A DNA stretch of 32,000 nt. Source: an uncultured Bacilli bacterium. GTDB taxonomy: Bacteria; Bacillota_I; Bacilli_A; RF39; UBA660. Positions 23,392 to 32,000 of the stretch are shown in pieces. The notes under the pieces are model-generated. The model made no database searches, had not been told where the DNA came from, and was given only the letters and a program-made list of their open reading frames with translations. Numbering within the stretch: position 1 is the stretch's first letter; every line of letters begins with the position of its first letter. The stretch is from assembly GCA_910577505.1 (NCBI GenBank), contig CAJTLN010000001.1, forward strand, positions 584,950 through 616,949. Direction: 5' to 3'. The translations under genes and the position numbers were made by a program.

Positions 23392-24915
23392 ATGAAGAAT
23401 AAAAAGAAAAACTATAAAATAGTTCGTAATATAGCAACTATTACTATAATAGCAGGTCTTTCTTACGCTCTAAATACATATAATACCAACATCAATAAAA
23501 TCCGATATACTAACCAAGATACTATAACAAATATAACTTTTAACAAAGAATTAGATAACATAATTAATACTTCTTATATAGAATTTCAAAATGAAGAACT
23601 ATACAATATAATAGAACAACAACTAGGAGAAAAGCCTACTAAAGAAAATCTTTCTACAATAACATTCCTAGAAATAAAAGATAAATTAAACAATGCTGAT
23701 TTAAGTGATTTACGCTATCTTCAAAATATAGAAACACTAGAAATAAGTAATAATGATATTAATTTAAGTGATATAAAATATAATCAAAATTTAAAAAGTC
23801 TTAATATTGATAGTTGTACACTAAAAAATACAACAGATATTCCTAATAGTATAGAAACATTAATAATTACTAATTCTAGTATTAATGATGATTCTCTAAT
23901 TACACCATATTTTCTAAAAAAATTATATATAGAAAATACACCTATATCTAATCTAGCATTTAAAAATCCATCTACATTAGAAGAACTACATATAATAGGT
24001 GATGTAATCCTAGATTTAAATAATGTAAAATCTTGTACTAATTTAAATAAATTAACTATAAAATTATGTTCTAATGTAACTAATTCACATATTTTAAATA
24101 AGTTACCTAATTTACAAACAATAGAATTAGATGATTATGCAACTATATGGTTATCTACAAATACAATAGAACAATTACCATTACAAGAAGAAACAAAAGA
24201 ATGTCTATTATGTCAAATAAAACAACTAGACAATATATATAACTCTATTATTAATGAAAATGATTCTGATTGTGAAAAAATCAAAAATATAAGTCTATAT
24301 ATCCTAGGACAATTATCATATGATGAAAATATTTCAAATGATTATAATGGAAATATTGAAAAAGTCTTAGAATATAATGCTAATCCTATTGCTTCAAGTT
24401 TAACAGAAGAACAAGCTATATGTATAAATTATTCTTGTTTATTTAAAGCTCTATTAAACCGTACAGGATTAGAAAACTACCAACTATTCAGTAATATTCA
24501 TACTTGGAATATTGTATCAAGTGAAAATGGCTATCAAGGATATGACTTAACATACTTAGATGATAAACCATTAGTAAATTTAAATGATAATAAAATAGCA
24601 TTAGTATCTGATGCAACAGTAGAACAAATATTAAAAGATAATAACGGGGATTTATTACATTATTATGGCTTTAATTTAGAAGAAATAACAGATGAAGACC
24701 ATCTAGCTAAATTATCACCACAAGAAATAAAAGATATAATAATCAATATTGGTTATATAAATGAAAATAATTTACAAACAAATAAAAATATTACAAATAT
24801 AAATTTAATATTAAAAATAATACTAATATTATTGATAACAAATACACTTATAAATATTTACAAAAATAAATCTGAAAAGATAAAAAAATATCAAAAAGAA
24901 AGCCAGGGGGTATAA
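23392..24915 (+). CDS. surface protein paralog 1: signal peptide, leucine-rich repeats, transglutaminase-like Cys-His-Asp core, C-terminal TM anchor
   Basis: AAGGGG RBS. LRR-like LSDLRYLQNIETLEISNNDINLSDIKYNQNLKSLNIDSC... Core AICINYSCLF (Cys codon 24421-24423), NIHTWN (His 24499-24501), YDLTYLD (Asp 24544-24546). C-terminal hydrophobic helix plus basic tail. Confidence 0.7.
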   Translation: MKNKKKNYKIVRNIATITIIAGLSYALNTYNTNINKIRYTNQDTITNITFNKELDNIINTSYIEFQNEELYNIIEQQLGEKPTKENLSTITFLEIKDKLNNADLSDLRYLQNIETLEISNNDINLSDIKYNQNLKSLNIDSCTLKNTTDIPNSIETLIITNSSINDDSLITPYFLKKLYIENTPISNLAFKNPSTLEELHIIGDVILDLNNVKSCTNLNKLTIKLCSNVTNSHILNKLPNLQTIELDDYATIWLSTNTIEQLPLQEETKECLLCQIKQLDNIYNSIINENDSDCEKIKNISLYILGQLSYDENISNDYNGNIEKVLEYNANPIASSLTEEQAICINYSCLFKALLNRTGLENYQLFSNIHTWNIVSSENGYQGYDLTYLDDKPLVNLNDNKIALVSDATVEQILKDNNGDLLHYYGFNLEEITDEDHLAKLSPQEIKDIIINIGYINENNLQTNKNITNINLILKIILILLITNTLINIYKNKSEKIKKYQKESQGV

Positions 24916-24916
24916 T

Positions 24917-26464
24917 ATGGCATCTAAATCATTAAAAAAAGTAGGAGCAACTGTTGTCGCTTTAGGAATGGCTGCAAGCATTTATCTTGCTCCTGATATC
25001 ATAAACGCAAAACAAAATAATCTTACTGGTGCTGATATGATTAATAATCATTTTATAGCATCATATCTTGAAGAACTTGAAGAAGAAACAAATATAACTT
25101 TTCAAAATAAAGAATTATATGATCTGTTAGTTAATCACTTTGGTGGTTCACTAACAGTTGAAAACTTAAAATCATTAACAAATCTTAATTTTGAAGTGCC
25201 ACTTACAAATACTGATTTAAGTGATTTTAGATATTTAACAAACTTAAGTCAATTAACTATAAAAAATAACTGTGTAGATTGTAGTGATTTAATGTATAAT
25301 CAACAATTAAAAAGAATTATTTTTGATAATTGTACTCTTACTAATACAGAAGATTTACCTAACACAATAACAACTTTAGAAATGGCTAGTACAGATGTTG
25401 CTGATGATGTCTTAGTAGTTCCTTTTAATACATCATTATTAAATTTACAAGTATCAACAGTATCAAAAGTTCAATTCAAGAATCCTGATAATCTTAAATC
25501 ATTATATTTTTCAGGCTATGGTTTTATTGATATTAATGATTTTAAAGATTGTTCAAATCTAAGTAAAATTTCATTAAAACAATGCCCTAATGTTTTAAAT
25601 CCAGTACTTCTTCAAAGATTTACCAATGTAGATATTAGTTTAGATGAATTTTGTACAATATGGTTAAATAGTAAAGAAATTGCTGAGCTTCCATCAATAT
25701 CAACTAGCTCCAAAAAAGAATGGCAAGATATATCTAATTATCTTGACAATAAACTTAGTGAACTTATTTCGCCAGATATGACAGAAGAAGAAAAAATAAA
25801 TAATATAATAATTTATGTTCTAAATCAAATAGAATATGATTTTAGAGCTCTAGAAGATAATGAATTAGGTAGTGAACTATGTAGTACATATAATTTATAT
25901 CCATTATCATATGCTATAGAAAAAAATGATGGCGTATGTGTTGGATATGCATCATTGTTTACAGCTTTAGCAAATAGAGCAGGAATAGATTGTTATCAAC
26001 CAGATAGTATAAATCACACATGGAATATGATACGTAAGATAAATGAAAGTGAGTATAGTGCATATGACTTAACTCAATTAGATAATGAATATGCTGCTAT
26101 ATATGAAGACGGTAGTATTGTCCGTAATGCAGAAAAAAGTTCAATTGACTACATAACTTATGGTGAAGCTGAACAATTAGCTTATTATGACTTCGATTTA
26201 AGTTCAAGAACAAGTGAATCGTATAAAACTAACATAGAACCAAAATCAGTAGAAGCAAAGGATATCAATATTGGTTATATAAAAACAGCAATATCTAACA
26301 ATAAAAATAACACTAGACTTAAATTGGCTTTATTTGAAATCTTATTACTTATAATTTATCTTGAAATAACATTATTATTCTCAAAAAACAGCAAAAAAAA
26401 TCCAAAGAATAGAACTAAAAAGAAAGAAAATCATCAAGTTATAAAATATAAAAGAGCAAACTAA
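24917..26464 (+). CDS. surface protein paralog 2 (LRR plus transglutaminase-like core plus C-terminal TM)
   Basis: Starts 1 nt after the paralog 1 stop, with GGGGG RBS inside the paralog 1 end. Collinear with paralogs 1 and 3. Core GVCVGYASLF...INHTWNM...YDLTQLD. Confidence 0.7.
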   Translation: MASKSLKKVGATVVALGMAASIYLAPDIINAKQNNLTGADMINNHFIASYLEELEEETNITFQNKELYDLLVNHFGGSLTVENLKSLTNLNFEVPLTNTDLSDFRYLTNLSQLTIKNNCVDCSDLMYNQQLKRIIFDNCTLTNTEDLPNTITTLEMASTDVADDVLVVPFNTSLLNLQVSTVSKVQFKNPDNLKSLYFSGYGFIDINDFKDCSNLSKISLKQCPNVLNPVLLQRFTNVDISLDEFCTIWLNSKEIAELPSISTSSKKEWQDISNYLDNKLSELISPDMTEEEKINNIIIYVLNQIEYDFRALEDNELGSELCSTYNLYPLSYAIEKNDGVCVGYASLFTALANRAGIDCYQPDSINHTWNMIRKINESEYSAYDLTQLDNEYAAIYEDGSIVRNAEKSSIDYITYGEAEQLAYYDFDLSSRTSESYKTNIEPKSVEAKDINIGYIKTAISNNKNNTRLKLALFEILLLIIYLEITLLFSKNSKKNPKNRTKKKENHQVIKYKRAN

Positions 26465-26543
26465 ACTTTACATATATATTAAAAAAATAATAGTCAAAAT
26501 AGTATAATTATATTAAAATAAAAATATAATAAAATATACACAT

Positions 26544-26572
26544 TTGCTTAAAATGTCTATATATGCTATAAT
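26544..26572 (+). promoter_or_regulatory. promoter of the HD-domain gene
   Basis: TTGCTT at 26544-26549, 17-nt spacer, TGcTATAAT (TATAAT at 26567-26572). Confidence 0.55.
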
Positions 26573-26595
26573 TACTGAGTCCTGAGGTGATTTGG

Positions 26596-27096
26596 ATGAC
26601 ATTAAAAAATAAGGAAGAATTTAGCTCCTTAATTGAAGATATAAAAAATAATAATAAATTTAATAAATTAACAAAAGAACTACATCATGGTATTACAAGA
26701 TATGATCACTCAATGAGAGTAGCTAAATGGACATATAAAATATGTAATATGTTCAATATGAAAAATAAAAATGAAATAACTAGAGCAGCGCTACTACATG
26801 ACTTTTATGTAGATAATGACTTAGTGTCAGAACATGGTTATGAAAAACTAGGAGAACATCCTGATGTAGCATTAACAAATAGTCTTAAATATTTTAAACT
26901 AGATGAAATGCAACAAGATATTATTAAATCTCATATGTTTCCATGTACTAATGTAATACCTAAATATAAAGAATCATGGTTAGTATCAGGTGTAGACAAA
27001 ACAGTTAGTGCATATGAAATGTTAAGATTTAAAGCATCTCTATATTTAGGAATATACTTATTATTCTTATTTGAAATAATAAGATTACCAAGATAA
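26596..27096 (+). CDS. HD-domain phosphohydrolase with C-terminal hydrophobic helix
   Basis: TGAGGTGA RBS then ATG at 26596. H...HD metal motifs (YDHSMRVAKW, ALLHDFY, EHPD). C-terminal LYLGIYLLFLFEII. Confidence 0.7.
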   Translation: MTLKNKEEFSSLIEDIKNNNKFNKLTKELHHGITRYDHSMRVAKWTYKICNMFNMKNKNEITRAALLHDFYVDNDLVSEHGYEKLGEHPDVALTNSLKYFKLDEMQQDIIKSHMFPCTNVIPKYKESWLVSGVDKTVSAYEMLRFKASLYLGIYLLFLFEIIRLPR

Positions 27097-27097
27097 C

Positions 27098-27133
27098 AAA
27101 ATACCGATATAATCTATCGGTATTTTATTTTTG
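27098..27133 (+). terminator. intrinsic terminator
   Basis: Perfect 12-bp stem aaaataccgata (27098-27109) / tatcggtatttt (27115-27126), then a T-run. Confidence 0.85.
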
Positions 27134-27280
27134 TATTATACATGATAATTTTAACTCCTCATTATTCTGCAATAATTTCCTACTATAAAAAATAATTTAA
27201 ATAATTGAGAAAAAATAGACAATATACCATTAAAGTGATAGAATCTTTAATTGCAACAGCTCATGTTTAGGGGGATTAAC

Positions 27281-28804
27281 ATGAAAAAGAAATACAAACT
27301 AATGAAAGGTATAATTGTTTCATCTCTAATAGGGGGAATAGTCCTAAACTCCTTAATACCACAAAATACCAAAAATATATCATACTATAACAATTCAAAT
27401 AATAAAGAATTTGAAGAAGAACTAAATATACTAGAACAAGCGGATAGTATAACTTTTACCAATAAAGAACTATACGATATAGTTGCAGCCAAAGTAAATG
27501 GTAATCTAACTACAGAAAATATAAAAGAAATAAAAACCATTGTAATAGATCAAAGACTATCTAATCAAGACTTTAGTGATTTAAAATACTTACCTAACTT
27601 AAGATTCTTAATAATAAAAGATAATGATATAGATTCTACAGATTTACAATATAATCAAGAACTAATAGGACTAAAAATAGAAAGAGGTTCAATAAAAAAT
27701 ACCAATAATCTTCCAAATTCCTTAATTAACATTAGACTATCAAACACTAATGTTAAAGACTACTACTTATCATTACCATATAACTTAGAAGAACTTACTA
27801 TTAATAGAACTCCAATAAATAGCATAAATGCTAAAAATAAAGAAAGTCTAAAATCATTAAAAATAAATGGAGATGTTTACTTTAGTACAGAATGCTTACA
27901 AGATTTATCAAATCTTTGGTACTTATCTATAAAAAATTGTAGTAGTTTAAAAAAGCCAGAATATCTAGGTAATATTCCTAAATTAAAAGTACTATTAATA
28001 GATGAATATGCTTCTATTTGGCTAGATGAAGAAACATTAAATAAACTACCTATATTTCCACTAACTAAAGTATCTTTAAATAAAAAAATAAATGAACTTA
28101 ATAAAATAGCTGATTCCCTAAGAGATGACTCATTAAGTGATATAGAACTAATAACTAAAATAACAGAATATCTAGTTAATAGATATTGCTATAATAAAGA
28201 AGTTAGAGATAATACCATAATAGGACGATTTACATCTACAATAGATAATGTAATGCCAATAACATCATCCCTAAAAAATGATGATGTTATATGCATCAAT
28301 TATGCTACATTATTTCAAGCAATAGCAAATAGGCTTGATATAGAATCAGTACTATTAATAAATGATATTCATGCTTGGAATGCATATAATATAGATGGAG
28401 AATATAAAAGAATAGATATAACTAATATTGATTCATATTTAAGTAAAAAAGGAATAACAGATATAAGTACAGAATGGATTAGTATGAATAGCTTTAAATC
28501 AACTGATTATCGTCCATTATATGAAGGAGTAGTATATCCCTTAGAATATGAAAGCATTGATACAAAATTAGGATATATTAAACAAGAAGATAATCCAAAG
28601 AACTTATTTGATATATTAGAGAATGAATTAATGAATCTTATTTACAATAAAATGACATTTAACATATATGCCTATCCAGAAGGTTGTATAGTACCAATGT
28701 TAATACTAATAGATACTTTTATTATATATAAAATGATACTTTCCAATAGGAAAATAAATATCGAAACTAAAAGTTTAAAGAAAAATAAGAAAAATAATAA
28801 TTAG
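27281..28804 (+). CDS. surface protein paralog 3 (LRR plus transglutaminase-like core plus C-terminal TM)
   Basis: AGGGGGA RBS then ATG at 27281 (the track TTG at 27251 is unlikely). Own promoter TAGACA (27216-27221) N17 TGaTAGAAT. Core VICINYATLF...DIHAWNA...IDITNID. Confidence 0.7.
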   Translation: MKKKYKLMKGIIVSSLIGGIVLNSLIPQNTKNISYYNNSNNKEFEEELNILEQADSITFTNKELYDIVAAKVNGNLTTENIKEIKTIVIDQRLSNQDFSDLKYLPNLRFLIIKDNDIDSTDLQYNQELIGLKIERGSIKNTNNLPNSLINIRLSNTNVKDYYLSLPYNLEELTINRTPINSINAKNKESLKSLKINGDVYFSTECLQDLSNLWYLSIKNCSSLKKPEYLGNIPKLKVLLIDEYASIWLDEETLNKLPIFPLTKVSLNKKINELNKIADSLRDDSLSDIELITKITEYLVNRYCYNKEVRDNTIIGRFTSTIDNVMPITSSLKNDDVICINYATLFQAIANRLDIESVLLINDIHAWNAYNIDGEYKRIDITNIDSYLSKKGITDISTEWISMNSFKSTDYRPLYEGVVYPLEYESIDTKLGYIKQEDNPKNLFDILENELMNLIYNKMTFNIYAYPEGCIVPMLILIDTFIIYKMILSNRKINIETKSLKKNKKNNN

Positions 28805-28958
28805 ATATATATTAAATTAATAATTTGTGATAAAATTATGTCATAAAACGTAATTTTAGGTTTTCTTTTTTAATGTTACATGGTAAAATATCTAACGTTA
28901 GAGAGACGAAAAAAGAAACTATAAAATGAAATCTTATATAGAATAGAAGGGATTATTT

Positions 28959-29645
28959 ATGGAAGAAATTAACTTAAAAGAATTGTTTGACTATTTAAAA
29001 GAAAGAGTATTAATTGTTGCAATCATAACACTTGCAATCTTAGTAGTAGGATGCATATATTCAATATTCATAAAAACTCCTATGTATAAGTCACAAACTA
29101 CTTTCGTTCTTGTTAGTGATGATGGTACAGCTGGAGGCGGTGGATACTCACAAGCTGAGGCAAACTTAAATAAAAATTTAGTAGCAACTTATAGTGACTT
29201 AGTAAAATCAAATAGAGTAATTGATAAAGTAATTAAGAATTTATCTCTTAATTATTCTGTTAATACGCTTAAAGGACGTATTACAGTAACAAATACTACT
29301 AATACTGAAATTATTAAAGTTAATGTAGAAGACACAGATAAAGCACTAGCAGCAGATATCGCTAATGAACTAATAAAAGTATTTGGCGAAGAAATAAAAG
29401 AAATATATAGATTACAAAACGTATCTGTAGTTGACGTTGCTGAAGAAGCAGAATATCCATATAATGTTAATATTATTAAAGATATTGTAATTTACTTATT
29501 AGTAGGTATAGTTCTTGCATGTGGCATTATCTTTGTTATTTACTACTTTGATACAACTATTAAGAGTGCTGATGAAGTTGAAAAGAAACTTGGATTACCT
29601 GTATTTGGTATTGTACCTAGAGTAAAATATAAAGAGAAAATATAG
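28959..29645 (+). CDS. polysaccharide chain-length determinant / BY-kinase transmembrane activator (Wzz, CpsC/YwqC-like)
   Basis: GAAGGGA RBS. Two TM helices flank a soluble domain (N-terminal VLIVAIITLAILVVGCIY, C-terminal IVIYLLVGIVLACGIIFVIYYF). Directly precedes a BY-kinase gene. Confidence 0.8.
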   Translation: MEEINLKELFDYLKERVLIVAIITLAILVVGCIYSIFIKTPMYKSQTTFVLVSDDGTAGGGGYSQAEANLNKNLVATYSDLVKSNRVIDKVIKNLSLNYSVNTLKGRITVTNTTNTEIIKVNVEDTDKALAADIANELIKVFGEEIKEIYRLQNVSVVDVAEEAEYPYNVNIIKDIVIYLLVGIVLACGIIFVIYYFDTTIKSADEVEKKLGLPVFGIVPRVKYKEKI

Positions 29646-29660
29646 AAGTGGGTGGAATAT

Positions 29661-30368
29661 ATGAATGGAACAGATTTAATAATTAATATTAATCCTAAAT
29701 CAATGTTTAGTGAATCTATAAAAAGTATTCGTACTAACTTACAATTTTCAGCTATCGATAAAGAATTAAAAACAATTCTAATTACATCACCATCAGCTGG
29801 TAATGGTAAATCATTTGTATCTGCAAACTTGGCAGCAGCTTATGGTCAAGATGGTAAAAAAGTACTTATAATCGACTGCGACTTACGTCGTGGAAGACAA
29901 CATGAAATATTCAATGTTATGAATCAAACTAATAGTGGATATTCAAACTTAATATTAAACTTTAAAGATGAAGTTAAATTGAGTCGTTATGTTATTAAAA
30001 CAGAAATAAAAAATATTGATATAATCCCAACAGGGCCAACTCCTCCAAATCCAATTGAATTATTGGCATCAAAAAATAATGCTGATGTAATTAAAGAGTT
30101 GAGAAAACATTATGATATTATAATACTTGATTGTCCTCCAGTTCTTGGAATAAGTGATACTCAAGTTATGATAAGACATGCTGATGCAAATGTTGTTGTA
30201 GTTGCAAGTGGAGAAACACAAATGGAATTACTAGAAAGATGTAAAAAAACATTTGAAACAGCGAATGGTAAACTAGATGGTGTAATCATTAATAAAGCAA
30301 GTGTTAAGGGTAGCAGTTATTACTCTTATTATGCAAATGATTACTATAGTAGTAATAAAGCCGAATAA
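29661..30368 (+). CDS. bacterial tyrosine kinase, cytoplasmic subunit (CpsD/YwqD-like)
   Basis: Walker A SPSAGNGKS, Walker A' VLIIDCDLRRG, Walker B IIILDCPP, and a C-terminal Tyr cluster SSYYSYYANDYYSS. Start is ATG 29661 or GTG 29652. Confidence 0.88.
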   Translation: MNGTDLIININPKSMFSESIKSIRTNLQFSAIDKELKTILITSPSAGNGKSFVSANLAAAYGQDGKKVLIIDCDLRRGRQHEIFNVMNQTNSGYSNLILNFKDEVKLSRYVIKTEIKNIDIIPTGPTPPNPIELLASKNNADVIKELRKHYDIIILDCPPVLGISDTQVMIRHADANVVVVASGETQMELLERCKKTFETANGKLDGVIINKASVKGSSYYSYYANDYYSSNKAE

Positions 30369-30393
30369 TAAAAAAGTATAGGGGTGTTATTTA

Positions 30394-31059
30394 ATGAAAG
30401 AAGCGGTGAATACAAGCATTTTTACAGATATCAAAGAAACTGCATATCTAGGAATTAAAAGGTTGTTTGATATATTTGTAGGATTAATAGGACTAATAGT
30501 TCTAATACCTATAACTATAATCATAAAAATAGCTTCAGTATGTACAGGGGACTTTGCACCAGTAATATTTGCGCAAAATCGTATTGGTAAAAATGGTAAA
30601 GAATTTAAATTTTATAAATTTAGATCTATGGTACCAAATGCAGATGAAGTATTATTTAAAATGTTAAAAGAAGACAAAGAAATAGCTAAAGAATATAAAA
30701 TAAATAAAAAGTTAAAAAATGATCCTAGAATTACTAAAGTAGGCCGTGTAATAAGAAGAGCATCAATTGATGAACTTCCCCAATTACTTAACGTTTTAAA
30801 AGGAGATATGTCTTTAATTGGTAATCGTCCTTATCTTCCTAGAGAAAAAGAAGACATGGGAGATTCCTTTGATGAAATAGTAAAAACTAAACCTGGTATT
30901 ACAGGTTATTGGCAAGTTAGTGGAAGAGAAAATGCATCATTTGAAAAACGTTTAGAACTAGAAAAATACTATTCAAATCACTATGGATTTAGAATGGACA
31001 TCAAAATATTCTTTAAAACATTTAAAGCAGTCTTTGGTGGACATGGAGCAGCAGAATAA
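30394..31059 (+). CDS. initiating phosphoglycosyl transferase (bacterial sugar transferase family, small single-TM type)
   Basis: AGGGGTG RBS. KRLFDIFVGLIGLIVLIP helix, then FKFYKFRSM, DPRITKVGRVIRRASIDELPQL, GDMSLIGNRP and GITGYWQVSGR, the characteristic motifs of this family. Confidence 0.88.
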   Translation: MKEAVNTSIFTDIKETAYLGIKRLFDIFVGLIGLIVLIPITIIIKIASVCTGDFAPVIFAQNRIGKNGKEFKFYKFRSMVPNADEVLFKMLKEDKEIAKEYKINKKLKNDPRITKVGRVIRRASIDELPQLLNVLKGDMSLIGNRPYLPREKEDMGDSFDEIVKTKPGITGYWQVSGRENASFEKRLELEKYYSNHYGFRMDIKIFFKTFKAVFGGHGAAE

Positions 31060-31105
31060 AATAAATAAAATTTAGATTGTACAATTACATTATTTATAGA
31101 AAATC

Positions 31106-31137
31106 AAAAGAATACATGTACAATGTATTCTTTTTTA
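31106..31137 (+). terminator. strong intrinsic terminator inside the polysaccharide locus
   Basis: Perfect 12-bp stem aaaagaatacat (31106-31117) / atgtattctttt (31123-31134), 5-nt loop, six consecutive T. It ends 4 nt before the RBS of the next gene. Confidence 0.75.
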
Positions 31138-31156
31138 TAAGAGGGAGTAAGAGTTT

Positions 31157-31639
31157 ATGAAAAAGAAAGCAAAAAAGGAATTAAAAGATATGAAGATTGC
31201 TCTTGTAGGATCATCAGGAGGACACTTAACACATTTATATATGTTAAAGCCATTCTGGGAAAATAAAGATAGATTTTGGGTAACATTTGACAAAATGGAT
31301 GCAAATAGTCTATTAAGAGATGAAAAAAAATATAATTGCTATTTTCCAACAAATAGAAATATATGGAATTTAATTAGAAATACTTTTTTAGCAATTAAAG
31401 TCCTTAGAAAAGAAAAACCTGATGTTATCATATCTTCAGGCGCAGCTGTAGCAGTACCATTTTTCTATATTGGAAAACTAATGGGAGCTAAACTAGTATA
31501 CATAGAGGTATTTGATAGAATTGATAAGTCAACATTGACAGGAAAAATGGTTTATCCTATAACAGATAAATTCATTGTTCAATGGGATGAAATGAAAAAA
31601 GTATATCCTAAATCAATAAATTTAGGAAGCATTTTTTAA
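31157..31639 (+). CDS. Alg14-like glycosyltransferase membrane/enhancer subunit (Cps14F/PssD-like)
   Basis: GAGGGAG RBS. LVGSSGGHLTHLY motif and size are typical of the Alg14-like family. Alternative ATG at 31190. Followed by the Alg13-like partner. Confidence 0.7.
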   Translation: MKKKAKKELKDMKIALVGSSGGHLTHLYMLKPFWENKDRFWVTFDKMDANSLLRDEKKYNCYFPTNRNIWNLIRNTFLAIKVLRKEKPDVIISSGAAVAVPFFYIGKLMGAKLVYIEVFDRIDKSTLTGKMVYPITDKFIVQWDEMKKVYPKSINLGSIF

Positions 31640-31652
31640 GGAGGTTTAGATT

Positions 31653-32000
31653 ATGATATTTGTTACAGTAGGAACGCATGAACAACCATTTGACAGATTA
31701 TTAAAATGTATAGATAAAATGGTTGAAGATGGACAAATAAAAGAAGAAGTAATAATTCAAAAAGGTTATACTGATTACAAACCTCAACATTGTAAATCTG
31801 AAAAATTAATTGGATATGAAGAAATGCAAAAAAATATTGCTGAAGCAAGAATAGTTGTAACTCATGGTGGACCTGCAAGTTTTATAGCGCCTTTATCTAT
31901 AGGAAAAATTCCTATAGTAGTACCAAGACAAAAAGATTATAACGAACACGTAAATAATCATCAACTAGAATTCGCAAAAGAAGTTGCTACAAGAATGAAA
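31653..32000 (+). CDS. Alg13-like glycosyltransferase catalytic subunit (Cps14G/PssE-like), 3'-truncated by the window edge
   Basis: Not in the ORF track because it is open at the window end. AAGGAGG RBS, ATG at 31653, reads MIFVTVGTHEQPFDRLL...VTHGGPASF...VVPR without a stop to nt 32000. The track's minus ORF 31663..31878 is its shadow. Confidence 0.7.
   Translation, partial: MIFVTVGTHEQPFDRLLKCIDKMVEDGQIKEEVIIQKGYTDYKPQHCKSEKLIGYEEMQKNIAEARIVVTHGGPASFIAPLSIGKIPIVVPRQKDYNEHVNNHQLEFAKEVATRMK

Noticed and set aside
27115-27143. Minus-strand mini-ORF (MYNTKIKYR) with an AGGAG upstream (plus-strand ctcct at about 27155-27159)
   Set aside because: It is only 9 codons and runs into the terminator hairpin of the HD gene. 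It is most likely chance.
23392-28804. Paralogs considered as internalin-type LPXTG wall-anchored proteins
   Set aside because: No LPXTG sorting signal is present. Each protein ends in a hydrophobic helix plus a basic tail and carries a Cys-His-Asp core that internalins lack.
31663-31878. Minus-strand ORF (71 aa) near the right edge
   Set aside because: It is the shadow of the unlisted plus-strand Alg13-like CDS starting at 31653, which has an AAGGAGG RBS and family motifs.

Overview
Very AT-rich window (by eye) that reads as standard genetic code 11. The features point to a low-GC Gram-positive (Bacillota-type) chromosome: strong AGGAGG-type ribosome-binding sites, a T-box leader, a tRNA with encoded CCA, and stem-loop plus T-run terminators. 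Almost all genes are on the + strand.

Gene content, left to right:
- An unknown minus-strand gene.
- A lipoprotein built from six roughly 94-aa W-x-DYEGEQLQV repeats.
- A small operon: Ppx/GppA-like protein, PNPOx-like protein, membrane protein, NUDIX hydrolase.
- Two orphan genes.
- An ArsR/SmtB repressor plus a P1B-type heavy-metal ATPase.
- A compact retron: promoter, structured msr/msd-like ncRNA with a1/a2 inverted repeats, and a retron-type reverse transcriptase (RT), followed by a protein-kinase-fold gene.
- DUF1653 (minus strand), a VanY/M15B peptidase, and two more orphan genes.
- cdd-udp and two membrane proteins.
- mnmA followed by a tRNA-Glu(CUC).
- A NUDIX gene, a membrane protein, and an HTH-metallophosphoesterase.
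- A Glu T-box leader and gltX.
- Three paralogous proteins (signal peptide, leucine-rich repeat, transglutaminase-like Cys-His-Asp core, C-terminal TM anchor) interrupted by an HD-domain gene.
- The start of a Wzz/BY-kinase polysaccharide locus: CpsC-like, CpsD-like, phosphoglycosyl transferase, and an Alg14/Alg13-like pair, the last running off the window.

The best candidate for an undescribed system is the retron with a protein-kinase-like putative effector (about 9273-11460). The LRR-transglutaminase-like paralog cluster is second.

No CRISPR array, transposase, integrase or rRNA was seen. ORF coordinates include the stop codon, as in the supplied track.
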